Shown: positions 30,296 through 40,940, counted from the first letter of the whole stretch. The stretch is 63,688 bases of DNA, filler included, from 5 parts of 5 records of this genome joined end to end with filler, not necessarily neighbours in it; one strand, 5' to 3'. Numbers and translations: made by a program. The notes: generated by a model from the sequence alone, not told the origin.

Positions 30296-31171
30296 ATGAC
30301 ACAAGAGAAAAACAACAATCTCGTCGTTGAAGCCAAGGGTCTTGCCAAAAGCTTCGGCAATTTTCATGCCCTCAAGGGCGCAACATTTTCCATCCCGCTT
30401 GGCCGCATTGTGGGCGTTATTGGTGCAAACGGCGCCGGTAAAACCACCATGCTCAACGCGGTTCTTGGCCTTTCATCTTATGATGGGGACCTGAAAGTTC
30501 TCGGGCTTGATCCCTCAAAGGATCGGGACGCGCTGATGAAAGACGTTTGTTTTATTGCAGATGTCGCAACGCTGCCGAAATGGATGAAGGTTGTGGAAGT
30601 GCTGGACTTCGTTGAAGCCGTACATCCGCGGTTTAACCGCGAAAAGGCGATGAATTTCCTCTCCCGCACCAAAGTGCCGCTGGAGCGCAAGGTTCGCGCG
30701 CTTTCAAAAGGTATGACAGTGCAGTTGCACCTGGCTGTTGTTATGGCGATCGACGCCAAGCTGCTGGTGCTGGATGAGCCAACCCTTGGCCTTGATATCA
30801 TCTTCCGTAAACAGTTTTATCAAAGCCTTCTTGAAGAATATTTTGATGAAGACCGCACGGTTATCATCACCACCCACCAGGTGGAAGAGGTGGAGCATAT
30901 CCTCTCTGACGTGATGTTCATCAAGGATGGTGAAATTGTTCTTGAAGCCGATATGGACGAACTTACCCAGCAGTTTATCGAGGTAATGGTCGCGCCCGGC
31001 AAGGAAGAAGAAGCCATGGCACTTGGGCCGATCACAAAAGGATCGACCTTCGGTAAAGCAACGTGCGTCTATAAAAATATTGACCGCGAGAAGCTGGCAA
31101 AACTGGGCGAAACGCGCCGCCTGGGCCTGGCTGATATCTTCGTGGCGACAATGACAGGAGAGGGGCAATGA
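30296..31171 (+). CDS. ABC transporter ATP-binding protein
   Basis: GANGAGKTT, LSKGM, LVLDEPTLGLD, TTH. Confidence 0.95.
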   Translation: MTQEKNNNLVVEAKGLAKSFGNFHALKGATFSIPLGRIVGVIGANGAGKTTMLNAVLGLSSYDGDLKVLGLDPSKDRDALMKDVCFIADVATLPKWMKVVEVLDFVEAVHPRFNREKAMNFLSRTKVPLERKVRALSKGMTVQLHLAVVMAIDAKLLVLDEPTLGLDIIFRKQFYQSLLEEYFDEDRTVIITTHQVEEVEHILSDVMFIKDGEIVLEADMDELTQQFIEVMVAPGKEEEAMALGPITKGSTFGKATCVYKNIDREKLAKLGETRRLGLADIFVATMTGEGQ

Positions 31172-32100
31172 ATACCTTTGTAGCCCTTGTTAAACGCGAG
31201 GTACTGGACGGCAAAAACGGGTATATCCGGGTGCCGGTTATTCTGGCAGGCCTGACTGTGGCGCTTGTTATCCTATCGAGCCTTGGTTTCGGCAACATGC
31301 TGTATTTTGATGGCATGGAGCATGAAGGTATCGAGAATTTGGCTGATGCCATGAACAAGGCGGCGACACGTGAGCCGGAAGAGTTCCCTGCGGCCGTGAC
31401 GATCGGTTACTGGGCCATGAGCATGCTGGCGTGGATTGCGCTGCCGTTCGTGATCTTCTTCTCGCTTCTGGGCGCACTTTATGAAGAGCGTCGTGACCGT
31501 TCGATCCTGTTCTGGAAATCCATGCCGGTTTCTGACTGGGCTGAGGTTCTGGCCAAGTTTTTTGCTCCCATCGTGATCGCGCCCCTGGCCTTTCTCGGGG
31601 TTGCGATTGCCGCGCAGTTGATCATTGCTGTGTTCCTGAGCATTTTGATGGTCTTCCAGGGCGGCCCCGTGCTTGACCTGTGGCCGCTTGGCCTGATGAT
31701 CACCAGCTGGTTTACGGTGATCTCCCACTATCTGATGTGGGCTTTGTGGGCGCTGCCGGTTCTGGCCTGGGTACTGCTGGTTTCGGCTTATGCATCCCGC
31801 ATGCCTTTCCTCTGGGCGATCCTGACACCATTTGTTGCGATCATTGTTGAGGAATTGTTCCTGGATACCCATATGATCGGTCGCTGGTTTGCTATCCACC
31901 TGGGTGGTTGGCAGGACGGTGCGTTCGCGCAAGTGTCAGACAATTTCGATGGCCCGCGTGATGTGTTGATGGCAGTTATGAACGGTATGCAGTGGCACAG
32001 CATAAGCTATAGCCTCACGAGTCCTGCCTTCTGGCTCGGTCTGGTGATTGCAGGCGGGTTGCTCTTCGGAGCGGTAGAGCTTCGCAAGCGCGCTTTCTAA
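31168..32100 (+). CDS. ABC-2 type permease
   Basis: multi-TM; LYEERRDRSILFWKSMPVS motif. Confidence 0.88.
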   Translation: MNTFVALVKREVLDGKNGYIRVPVILAGLTVALVILSSLGFGNMLYFDGMEHEGIENLADAMNKAATREPEEFPAAVTIGYWAMSMLAWIALPFVIFFSLLGALYEERRDRSILFWKSMPVSDWAEVLAKFFAPIVIAPLAFLGVAIAAQLIIAVFLSILMVFQGGPVLDLWPLGLMITSWFTVISHYLMWALWALPVLAWVLLVSAYASRMPFLWAILTPFVAIIVEELFLDTHMIGRWFAIHLGGWQDGAFAQVSDNFDGPRDVLMAVMNGMQWHSISYSLTSPAFWLGLVIAGGLLFGAVELRKRAF

Positions 32101-32125
32101 GCAACGAGCGCTATAAAAGAAAAGC

Positions 32126-32156
32126 ACGGGCTGCCATTTTGGCGGCCCGTTTTTTT
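32126..32156 (+). terminator. intrinsic terminator of the GntR-ABC operon
   Basis: ACGGGCTGCC-loop-GGCGGCCCGT followed by a T run. Confidence 0.8.
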
Positions 32157-32180
32157 GCTTTGGCAGGGTAGGGTGAGAGG

Positions 32181-32210
32181 AAAAAAGGGCCGCACCCTTG
32201 ATGCGGCCCT
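32181..32210 (-). terminator. intrinsic terminator of the MCP gene
   Basis: AGGGCCGCA/TGCGGCCCT stem preceded by an A run on +. Confidence 0.75.
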
Positions 32211-32233
32211 GCATGTTTGCGGGTTGATAAAGC

Positions 32234-33091
32234 CTAGCGCAGTTTGTCTAGGAAAGCCTGAACGCTGCCACGAAGGGCAAGGCCTTGTTCCTGCAGCGCT
32301 TTGATCTGGGCGTTCACGGCTTCAGATGCCTGGCCTGTACGCGCCGTGGCATCCTGCATGCGCGCGAAGTCACCTATCACCCCGCTGGTGCCTTCTGCGG
32401 CCAACGCGGCACTCTGGCTGATCTCCTGGCTGGCCTGCGCCTGCTGGCCCACGGTCGCGGATACTTCTGAGGCAATCTCATCTACCTCGGTGATCCGAGT
32501 GCTGACACGCTCAAACGCGGTAACCGCGTCTTTGGTGGCGTCCTGCAACTCGGCGATCTGCTGGGAAATTTCATCTGTTGCTCGTGCGGTTTGCGTGGCA
32601 AGCGCTTTTACCTCGCTTGCAACCACGGCAAAGCCGCGGCCAGCTTCGCCCGCGCGTGCGGCCTCGATCGTGGCGTTAAGGGCAAGCAGGTTGGTCTGTG
32701 ACGCAATATCATTGATCAGCTTGATCACGTCGCTGATCTTCTTGCCGGATTCGTTCAGGGTGGCGATCAGGCGGGCGGCCTCGGACGCCTCATTAAGCGC
32801 CTGTTGGGTTACCTCTGCCGCGCGGCCCATATGTTCGCTCACATTCGCGACAGACGCCGAAATCTCTTCGGTGGCGCTTGCAACCGCGTTCACGCTGCTG
32901 CCAGCGTTCTGGGCTTTATGGGAAGCCTCAGACATGCCCAGGCTGGTTTCTTCAACCGCGCTCGTCATGGTCTCTGAAGCAGCTTCAAGCTCATCTGTGG
33001 AGCTGCCCATGCGGTCAATTGCCGCCATTACCGATTTTTCAAACTCGATAGAAAGATTGTGAACGTCTAAACCGGCTTCAAAATCTGCCAT
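32234..33091 (-). CDS. soluble methyl-accepting chemotaxis protein (signalling domain only)
   Basis: IASQTNLLALNATIEAARAGEAGRGFAVVASEVK; no TM or sensor domain. Confidence 0.92.
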   Translation of the reverse strand: MADFEAGLDVHNLSIEFEKSVMAAIDRMGSSTDELEAASETMTSAVEETSLGMSEASHKAQNAGSSVNAVASATEEISASVANVSEHMGRAAEVTQQALNEASEAARLIATLNESGKKISDVIKLINDIASQTNLLALNATIEAARAGEAGRGFAVVASEVKALATQTARATDEISQQIAELQDATKDAVTAFERVSTRITEVDEIASEVSATVGQQAQASQEISQSAALAAEGTSGVIGDFARMQDATARTGQASEAVNAQIKALQEQGLALRGSVQAFLDKLR

Positions 33092-33280
33092 TATGGTCCC
33101 CTCCGTGCTGCAGCAGTGCACCTGCTACTGATTATTTTGCCCCGTCAGGCGAGGAGCGAATGCATCCGCCTATGCCCGATTGGATAGTACACTAGGGTAA
33201 AAAATCGAATGACAAAAGAGGGAAGGTGGTGCGTGTGGGTAGTATCTGAATGTATATCAGCGGGCAGTTGTTTTTAGGGC

Positions 33281-33320
33281 TTGCAAATCTTCATTAATTG
33301 TATATATGTACAAATATGAA
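33281..33320 (+). promoter_or_regulatory. arsR promoter/operator, likely leaderless
   Basis: TTGCAA...TATATG about 7 nt before the ATG; imperfect inverted repeat TTCAT..TTGTA/TACAA..ATGAA. Confidence 0.55.
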
Positions 33321-33660
33321 AATAAATGAAGCGATATTGGCGCTCAGCGCACTGGCTCAGGATACCCGGATGCGGGTGTTCAGGCTTCTGGTTCGGCACG
33401 GCAACACAGGGTTGCCAGCGGGGCAGATTGCCCAGGAATTGGGCGTGAATGCGACCACGCTCTCAAGGCATCTGGCGCTGATGGAAGGTGCTGGTCTTGT
33501 TGGTTCAGAGCGGCAGATGCGCTCGATCATCTACCGCGTTGACTTTGGTGCAGCGCGAAGCCTGATGAGCTTTTTGATGGAAGATTGTTGTGCTGGTGAC
33601 CCGCGGATAACGGGCGAGGCGCAACCCGATACAGCAGGCTCACCCTGCTGTGATGCATAG
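33316..33660 (+). CDS. arsR: ArsR/SmtB family repressor
   Basis: LSALAQDTRMRVFRLL, TLSRHL, EDCCAG and terminal PCC. Confidence 0.88.
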   Translation: MKINEAILALSALAQDTRMRVFRLLVRHGNTGLPAGQIAQELGVNATTLSRHLALMEGAGLVGSERQMRSIIYRVDFGAARSLMSFLMEDCCAGDPRITGEAQPDTAGSPCCDA

Positions 33661-33672
33661 AGGAAGACAGAG

Positions 33673-34110
33673 ATGAAACGGTTACATGTGCACGTTGGTG
33701 TAAAAGATATGGATGAGGCAATCGCCTATTATACCGCCATGTTTGGCGCCGAGCCCGTGAAGGTGAAAACGGATTACGCGAAATGGGCACCCGATGATCT
33801 GGGGGTTAATTTTGCGGTCTCAAAATCATGTGGGTGTGGAAGCTCCGGCGGCGGTGTTGGCCACCTGGGTGTTGAGGTGACGGATGATGACGAGCTTGCC
33901 CGCATTGGCATGCGCCTTGACGCGGCCAAAGCCCCCATGCGTGTGGACGGTGACGTAAGCTGTTGTTACGCCAAATCCAAAAAGGCATGGTCCGAAGACC
34001 CCGCTGGCGTGAAGTGGGAATTGTTCCGCACCTACGGGGACGCGGAAGAACTGGCGCCGACGCTGGTGGGTGAACGCGACCTCGAAGGGTTTTCTGACCG
34101 AGCAAGCTAA
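33673..34110 (+). CDS. ArsI/CadI-family VOC protein (C-As lyase-like)
   Basis: KRLHVHV, DYAKW, HLGVEV, CCYAKSKKAW.EDP.GVKWELF. Confidence 0.85.
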   Translation: MKRLHVHVGVKDMDEAIAYYTAMFGAEPVKVKTDYAKWAPDDLGVNFAVSKSCGCGSSGGGVGHLGVEVTDDDELARIGMRLDAAKAPMRVDGDVSCCYAKSKKAWSEDPAGVKWELFRTYGDAEELAPTLVGERDLEGFSDRAS

Positions 34111-34113
34111 GGC

Positions 34114-34542
34114 TTAGCCTTTTGAGGGGTGCCAATCCTTGTCGGCCAACTCATAGCTGAGAAACTCAAAGCCGGGCGAGACTGTGCACCCGCATAAGGT
34201 CCAGTCTCCCTGGCTTGACGCATGCTGCCATAAATTGCCGGGTACCAGAACCTGCGGCCGTTGGCCGATATCAAAGTTTGTCCCCAAGGTGTGCTTGGTG
34301 ATTTCCATGGCAGGGTTGGCGATCTGGAGTGTGAGCGGCGCGCCTGCGTACCAGTGCCAGATTTCGTCACCGTCTGTGCGGTGCCAAAGCGCCGTGTCCT
34401 TGCCCTCAAGCAGATAATAGATCGCGGTACTGAAGCCGCGTTCCGAAGGGCCATCATCATGCTGGTAGGTGCGGCGGTAGAAACCGCCCTCAGGGTGCGG
34501 TTTGAGCGACAAAAGCTCGATCATATCTTGTGCGGTTGTCAT
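34114..34542 (-). CDS. cupin (DUF985/cupin_5) protein
   Basis: PHPEGGFYR, TAIYYLL, EIWHWYAG, CTVSPGFEF. Confidence 0.9.
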   Translation of the reverse strand: MTTAQDMIELLSLKPHPEGGFYRRTYQHDDGPSERGFSTAIYYLLEGKDTALWHRTDGDEIWHWYAGAPLTLQIANPAMEITKHTLGTNFDIGQRPQVLVPGNLWQHASSQGDWTLCGCTVSPGFEFLSYELADKDWHPSKG

Positions 34543-35450
34543 TCAGACCCCAGTTCATAAAGCGCGATAGCGGCGGCAACCGATACGTTCAGGCTTTCCA
34601 CGTTGCCTGACATCGGTATCTTGACAATAGCGTCACATTGGGAGCGGACAAGGGGGCGCAGGCCTTTGCCTTCCGAGCCCATGACGATCACGAGGTTGTC
34701 GCCAAGCGTGACACCGCGCACTGAATTGTCCGTATGGCCATCAAGGCCGATGTGCCAATAGCCCATCTCGCGCAGGCTGCCGAGTGCTTGATTAAGGTTG
34801 GTGACCTGAACCCACGGCAGTATCTCAAGCCCGCCCGAGGACGCCCGCGCGAGAGTGCCGGATTCGCTAGGGCTATTGCGGTCTTGCGTGATAAGGGCGC
34901 GGGCGCCAAAGGCTGCGGCGGTACGGATACAGGCACCTACATTATGCGGGTCAGTCACCTGATCCAGCATCAGGATGATGTTCTTCTGCCCCTCTATGGG
35001 CTCAAGGGTCGCGAGGTCAACGCCGGGCAGGGGGCGAACCTCAAGCAGGATGCCTTGATGAGGGGAATCACCGGGCACAGCGGCTCGAAGCACGGTTTCG
35101 TCTTCAATTCTGTCAACACGCAGGCCTGCGCGGATAGAAGTCAGGTCTGAACTGAGCGCCTTCTCAAGCCCGATCAGGCGCACGCATTCCCGCGCCGGGT
35201 TTTTAAGCGCTGCTTCAACCGCGTGCCGACCAAAGAGGAAAAAACCATCCTTTTTAAGCGGCGCGATGGGTTTATGCGGCGCTGCGGGGCGAAAGTGTGA
35301 CGGTTTGTGTGGCGCAGGTGTGGCAGAGGGCGCGCGCCGGGAGGCCCCCGTATTTGCTGGGCCTGAGGCTTTTTTTCCCGATTTTGGGTGTGGCGCCACA
35401 CCGCGAGGCGAGGTTGCTTTGTTGCTGCGGCCTTTATGTGTTTTTTTCAT
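34539..35450 (-). CDS. rlmB: TrmH/SpoU family 23S rRNA 2'-O-methyltransferase
   Basis: HQGI, LDQVTDPHNVGACIRTA, VMGSEGKG, IPM...ESLNVSVA. Confidence 0.88.
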   Translation of the reverse strand: MKKTHKGRSNKATSPRGVAPHPKSGKKASGPANTGASRRAPSATPAPHKPSHFRPAAPHKPIAPLKKDGFFLFGRHAVEAALKNPARECVRLIGLEKALSSDLTSIRAGLRVDRIEDETVLRAAVPGDSPHQGILLEVRPLPGVDLATLEPIEGQKNIILMLDQVTDPHNVGACIRTAAAFGARALITQDRNSPSESGTLARASSGGLEILPWVQVTNLNQALGSLREMGYWHIGLDGHTDNSVRGVTLGDNLVIVMGSEGKGLRPLVRSQCDAIVKIPMSGNVESLNVSVAAAIALYELGSE

Positions 35451-35689
35451 CCGCCATCTCAGGTGCTGTTGTTCAGAATTGCTCTATTCCCGGCTTACCG
35501 GTCTGTTGTGACATACGCCAAAGCGCCTATGATTTAAAGCTGTTTGAAAAAAATGGAGAAACGTCTGAACTTGATGTTGACATGCTTCCATATATGCGCA
35601 TATTGCGGCCTCACCGCGACGCTGGAACGGAGCGCCCCCGAAGTCGTAAGTTTGGGGTTCAAAATTTCAGCGGTCTATAAATACATAGT

Positions 35690-35774
35690 GGAGGGATTGG
35701 GGAGCGGTCAAACCCATCAGACTGTAAATCTGACGCCTTCGGCTTCGCAGGTTCGAATCCTGCTCCCTCCACCA
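35690..35774 (+). tRNA. tRNA-Tyr(GTA)
   Basis: GGAGGGA/TCCCTCC acceptor stem, TCAGA-CTGTAAA-TCTGA anticodon arm, long variable arm, GGTTCGAATCC, CCA. Confidence 0.96.
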
Positions 35775-35854
35775 CTTACCTTCCTCGACTTGAGCTCGTT
35801 TGCGGGCTTCTGCCCTGGAAGGCTTGTTGTGTTCGAGAGGAGCCGCTGGCTTGT

Positions 35855-35883
35855 GCGGGTGTAGCTCAATGGTAGAGCAGAAG
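35855..35883 (+). tRNA. 5' part of a tRNA, probably Gly, cut by the contig end
   Basis: GCGGGTGTAGCTCAATGGTAGAGC; a Tyr-Gly pair is typical of alphaproteobacteria; anticodon not visible. Confidence 0.7.
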
Positions 35884-35983
35884 NNNNNNNNNNNNNNNNN
35901 NNNNNNNNNNNNNNNNNNNNNNNNNNNTTAATTAATTAANNNNNNNNNNNNNNNNNNNNNNNNNNNNNNNNNNNNNNNNNNNN
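35884..35983. other. artificial contig spacer
   Basis: N44-TTAATTAATTAA-N44. Confidence 0.99.
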
Positions 35984-36160
35984 GGTCTCATGAGCACCGG
36001 CACGAGACCTGAAGGGAAGGCGGTCGTGTGGCATCATTCTGGGGGAGCAGGGTTTATCAGAACAGGCGAGCTTATGAAGTCACCCACACGGGAAATGGTG
36101 GTTGTGTCGAAAGACTAAGTGGTAACGAATTTAATTAATTTCCATTTCTGTTTCCTGTAG

Positions 36161-37630
36161 GAGCTGCCGCGTAAGAGCTTGGAAATCATGGAAAAAGCAA
36201 ACGTTGAGGCTGCAGATGCCCGTCTCAAGAAAATGATTCCTGAGAAGACAGGCCTCCGCTACGCCGTAGTTGGAGGATCTGGTAGTGTTGGGGCCAACAT
36301 TGTCAAGATGCTCCTTCATCGTGGAGAGAAGAGTATTGTCATCATTGATATGGCTGAGACAAAGCGCTTTGTTGACGAACCTAGTGTTACCTTCAAGAAG
36401 GGCGATATCACCAACCTAGCGAGCGTAGAAGAGCTCCTTAAGGGCATTGATGTGGTGTTCCATACTGCCGCCCTCATCCAGGTTTGTATTGGCAGAAGCG
36501 CTGGAAGGGGGGGGAGGAACCTTTTGTTTGAGACTGATGGTTGCTTCAGTGGTGGACTCGCCATCAGTGGCAATACGCTCTGCCACATAAAGTTAACGTT
36601 GTTGGCACCGAGAATATAATTGCAGCTTGCAAAAAGAAGTATGCCGATTTTCATGTGCGAGCGCATGTGCAATGTCTGACCGTGTCCTTCGCAGTGGTGT
36701 AAAGTCGCTCATCGCTACAAGCACCAGCACAGGTAGGTCTATTCCGTATCTCGCGAATGTTGTATTCACTCCGTCATGCTGCAGTGACATTCAGCCGTTT
36801 CAGCAGTGGCCTCACGGATTTCACTGAGGACGCACCATATGCGGAGACACCTCCCAACCACTACATTCGCACTAAGATTCAAGCAGAGAAGGCGGTACGC
36901 GCAGCCAACGATACTAAGGGACTGCATACTGTATCCTTGCGCCCCTGTTCTGCTGTGTTTGGGCCCGATGACAAGTTTATTCTGGAGGGCACTTACAAGA
37001 GCGGCATCATGACAGAATTTGGTAACCTGGGCTGTCACTGTTTCTCTAGATCCGTTCTCACAAGACCCATCACATGCAGGCAACACTCAGCTGATGGACT
37101 ACGTTTATGTGGAGAATGTGGCCGTTGCCCACTTGCTGGCTGAGGCCGGCTTGGCCAAAAACCTTCCGAATGTTGGCGGGAAAGCTTTCAACATCGTCGG
37201 GGATCCGCTTCGTCGTTGGGAGTGGCACCACATGATCGAGACGGTACGGACAACGTTTGAGTCCATTCCAATAGCGCTATTCTTACAATAGCAACAGGCG
37301 GAGCCTAAGCATAAGTGGAACAAAATGTCTGTTCCCCGTCCTATTCAGTTCTGCTTGGGTATTGTGAGCGAGGCAGTGCAGGGGATTTTCCGTGGAAAGG
37401 TTTCCCTTGGTGATCTTGACCTTCTGTCTACCGCCGCCCTTGACCTTCAGTACATTGACTTCACTGCATCGTAAGTCCTGTTCTTGGTGTATGTTTACAC
37501 AGTGGCGTCAATGACTAATGAGCGCATCAGGAACCATATGGCAGAGAAAGTGCTCGGTTACACCCCTCCCTACAGCGTTTATGAAGGAATGCGGAAGACT
37601 TTTGATACTATTAAGAGTAGGCCTCAGTAA
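36161..37630 (+). CDS. 3-beta-hydroxysteroid dehydrogenase/NSDHL-like SDR, multi-exon, likely 5' truncated
   Basis: VVGGSGSVG, VFHTAA, YIRTK (YxxxK), DYVYVENVAVAH. Confidence 0.85.
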
Positions 37631-37699
37631 TAAACGAATACCTTTAATTCTAAATATATCACTTTTAAGACCCCAACAAATAAACAAACGGATGACCAC

Positions 37700-37960
37700 A
37701 CGCCAGTTCCGCGGGGGGGCGGCCGGGCGGGCCCAGCAGGTGCCGATGCCGTGCGGACCCGAGACCAGTGACCGGCCGGGGACCCGCCGTCGATCGGACG
37801 ATGGCGCGGCCGCTGCCCGCGGGCGCGGGTTGGATCCCCGCGCCCGGGCCCCAGGCGCGGCGCCGCGGCCCCGGCCGGCCGGGCCGCCGCCGGCGCTCCG
37901 GCTCCCGCGGGCGCGCTCCCCCGGCACACGCCAGTGCCGCACCGCGCCGCCCGCCAGCCA
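37700..37960. promoter_or_regulatory. GC/CpG-rich island upstream of the COMMD gene
   Basis: extremely GC-rich tract between AATAAA-like 3' signals and ATG 38065. Confidence 0.6.
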
Positions 37961-38064
37961 CTATGGAGCCGCAACCACTCCTAGGCCAGCAGCAATATCA
38001 GCGCAAGCAGTGACTCCAAAGGACCTAGAAGTATTGTGCGCAAATGGTTGTGGCAAAGTGCACA

Positions 38065-38749
38065 ATGGAGCTGGGCCAGGATTCGCTTGCGGGCCTACGC
38101 CTGTTTGGGGAGGAAGGTGTGTTTGGATCAGTACAGCTGAAAGTACTGTGGTCACTCTCCTTCAAGATCTTGTTGCGGAAGGAGAGCGAGGCAGCGCTTT
38201 ATGGTGAGTGTTCTTGACATTTCTCGTCTAGTGCCATCACTGATGGTGCCTCTGCAGAGGCTGGTGAGCTGAAGGATTTGGATGGCGCAAAATTGAGGCT
38301 AGGCTATTCAGCTGCGACCTCAGCAATTATTGAGGGTGTGAGAAAGGACATTCCAGCTAGTGATTTTGGGTATTATACGCTATTCTCGTGCCTACAAGCG
38401 CAGCATTTGACATTTTTGCAGAACATTTTTGGAAGACTGCGGTATTCCGTCAAAAAGAAGTCAGCCTATAGCCACGTTGTACGCAGATGCCTTCGATGGA
38501 CTTCGGGAGATTCTTAAGAGTATTGGTTTTGCCTTCCCAAAAATTGTGGATGTAGAGTGGCGACTGGATTACTATCTGAAAAGCAACACAATGGATAAGA
38601 TCAATGTGCCTTGTTATATAGTGACGCTGAAAACTAACGATCCATCTGGAAAGTCTGACTTGACCTTCCATTGTACTCAAGAACAACTCCATGATCTGAC
38701 GAGCAAGTTCAAGGATGCAACAAAGCAAATAGAAAGAATAGTAGCATAG
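38065..38749 (+). CDS. COMMD3: COMM domain protein (COMMD3-like), multi-exon
   Basis: PKIVDVEWRLDYYLKS...FHCTQEQLHDLTSKFKDA COMM domain. Confidence 0.8.
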
Positions 38750-38914
38750 TAGAATAAACCACAGTTTAATGTAGGCCGGTAAACGCACAATGGCGCAGCA
38801 GGAGAAGGGGCGACAGCAATTCTGTCAACACGGGATTGCACAAACCCATTGCGAACTGATCACGAACTCCAGCCAAGCAGCGCAGACTCTCAAAATACAT
38901 AGAGCAACGGTATA

Positions 38915-39931
38915 TCACACAGTGGCTTGGCCCTTCTTCCGCATCAATGACGACAAAAACATTGCAGTGAAGAAGATATTGGCGGCCTTTGGCCACTTTG
39001 ATTCTTCCGACGACAAGGCAAGATATCCGCTGTACAGCGTCGACACATAGGCTCCAAGTTTCTGCTTCCATGTACCAGCCCGCGACATGAGGTAAATACT
39101 TACAAAGAAAACCCCACTGCGGAAGCTCTTTAACGACTCGGTTTTGGAGGCCGCGGGACCCACAACCTCAACATCAGTCGACGGAAGCAAGGGTTTCAGC
39201 GTGTTGGTCTCCGACGAGGACGCTAAGCGATCTTCATTTTCTTTCCGTCTCAACATTACTGCTTTTAGGATGCGCTCCAGTAGAACCCAGCTACCATAAA
39301 CGGCGTTAGAGCCGATTGCGACATTTTTGAGCCTCTTTAGCTCATTAAACACAGGCTGGGTTGCGCCTTTGGTAGTTTCCATAACGCCGTCAACATTGAA
39401 AAGCTCATCGAAGGAGGGCATCTTGGGAATAGAAACAGATATATTTGGCATCATAAAAGCTTCCGAGGAGCTAATAGGCTCCAGTTCGGCCTCCTCCAAT
39501 AAAGACAGACTGTTCAGCGACGCACTCTTTTTCATCAAGATGGGGCGGGGACTCTTTTTCTTTGCTTCCACAGTCCTTGCGCAGTCGTCCAAACCGCTTA
39601 CCTTCACAGGAGTCTCGTCAGAACAGAAGAGAGTCCGTTCTTCCAAGTTTCTTGCGAAGGAAACATGCTTCCTAACGTCATGACTGTACGACCGTGTGAT
39701 ACGGTGAGGAAGGGGCATATTCCTGTTTCTCTTCATTGATGTCACAGTTCCAAAGTCCTCCTCATCTCTGAAGTCGTAGTCATCATGCGCTTCCATCGCG
39801 ATCATGTCGCTAGCCAACTCTAACCGACTCGTGGCGAAGATGCCACCGTCATCCTCCTCTACAGACACATCACTATGAAGGCGAGGCCTCGCCATTGTTC
39901 CGACAAAGAGTATGAGCACATCTCCTTTCAT
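38915..39931 (-). CDS. hypothetical protein with RVxF-like motif (KHVSF) and C-terminal hydrophobic segments
   Basis: 338-aa ORF; start may be the downstream MARPRL. Confidence 0.6.
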   Translation of the reverse strand: MKGDVLILFVGTMARPRLHSDVSVEEDDGGIFATSRLELASDMIAMEAHDDYDFRDEEDFGTVTSMKRNRNMPLPHRITRSYSHDVRKHVSFARNLEERTLFCSDETPVKVSGLDDCARTVEAKKKSPRPILMKKSASLNSLSLLEEAELEPISSSEAFMMPNISVSIPKMPSFDELFNVDGVMETTKGATQPVFNELKRLKNVAIGSNAVYGSWVLLERILKAVMLRRKENEDRLASSSETNTLKPLLPSTDVEVVGPAASKTESLKSFRSGVFFVSIYLMSRAGTWKQKLGAYVSTLYSGYLALSSEESKWPKAANIFFTAMFLSSLMRKKGQATV

Positions 39932-40129
39932 ATTCGCGCATTTCCCTTATGTAAACAAGAGGCGGACGGCACTAAGGACAGCGTGGCACTTCATCTAGTG
40001 TCGCAAGAGTGCCTGGCCTGTGGTGCCACTGCTTTGGGGGCCACGACTGTGTGAGGGGTGGGCCTGATTGAACTGATGAGACCTTGCAATGGCGTTCCAA
40101 GTGTTCCCTGAGTATCACCCACCAATTCG

Positions 40130-40940
40130 GTGTCATCATCCCGGGCGGTCGGATGGCCCGGCCAGGCCGGGCGGGTCCGGGCGTGCCGGACGGCGCCGAT
40201 CCATTCACTTGATGTTCATAACCCCGCGGGAATGATAACCCCGCGCAGCCGGCGGGGGCTGACGCAAATTGCTTCGTCGTTTGGTGCTTCGTCGGTTCGT
40301 CGTCGGCCAGCAGTGCGCATGGGCACGTGACTGAGGCGATCCCGTCGCCCACGCCTGTCGAGGGGCGCACCAGATCCGGCGTGGCCAGTCACAGCTCATG
40401 GCGCGGCTCGACCGACTGAGGCACGGGACGACCAGCGTGGCGGATCCAGACTCGGCGGCGCCAGCCTACCAGGCAGTGAGCTGTGGTCGACAGCTCTCGC
40501 CAATTCCATGTCAGTCAGCAGTTGTCCGTTTCCAAGGGGTTATCAATAGCTTTCAACCCCCATAACCCAATTTTAACTCGTCTTCTCGGCCACGAGCAAG
40601 GACTCATCGATTTTTCCGTTGTTTCCCGAGAATTCCAAGACAAATCGCCATTTAATGGAAACAGTGTAACCGTATAAACACATTGCAAAATTCAGCGTGG
40701 GGATTCGATTTCTTTAATGAAACATCTCGGTTTAGCGATTGGTACAAAGCAAATGGAGGTGGTTGAGACTACTTACGCACAACAAGCCGGCGGCACCCGG
40801 CGCATCTGACTCGTCAGCTGGTCTCATCCGTCCCGCTGTGACGGGGCGCACATCCGCCGGGAGGGCCAGCCAGGCGCCAGGAACGTGAGGGGTGAAGGTG
40901 TTCAGTGGAGGTTTGCAGTCCACACCGGCCGCCGCAGGTG
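40130..40940. promoter_or_regulatory. GC-rich tracts in divergent promoter region
   Basis: GC-rich 40130-40480 and 40790-40940 with many TCAGT/ACTGA motifs. Confidence 0.5.
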
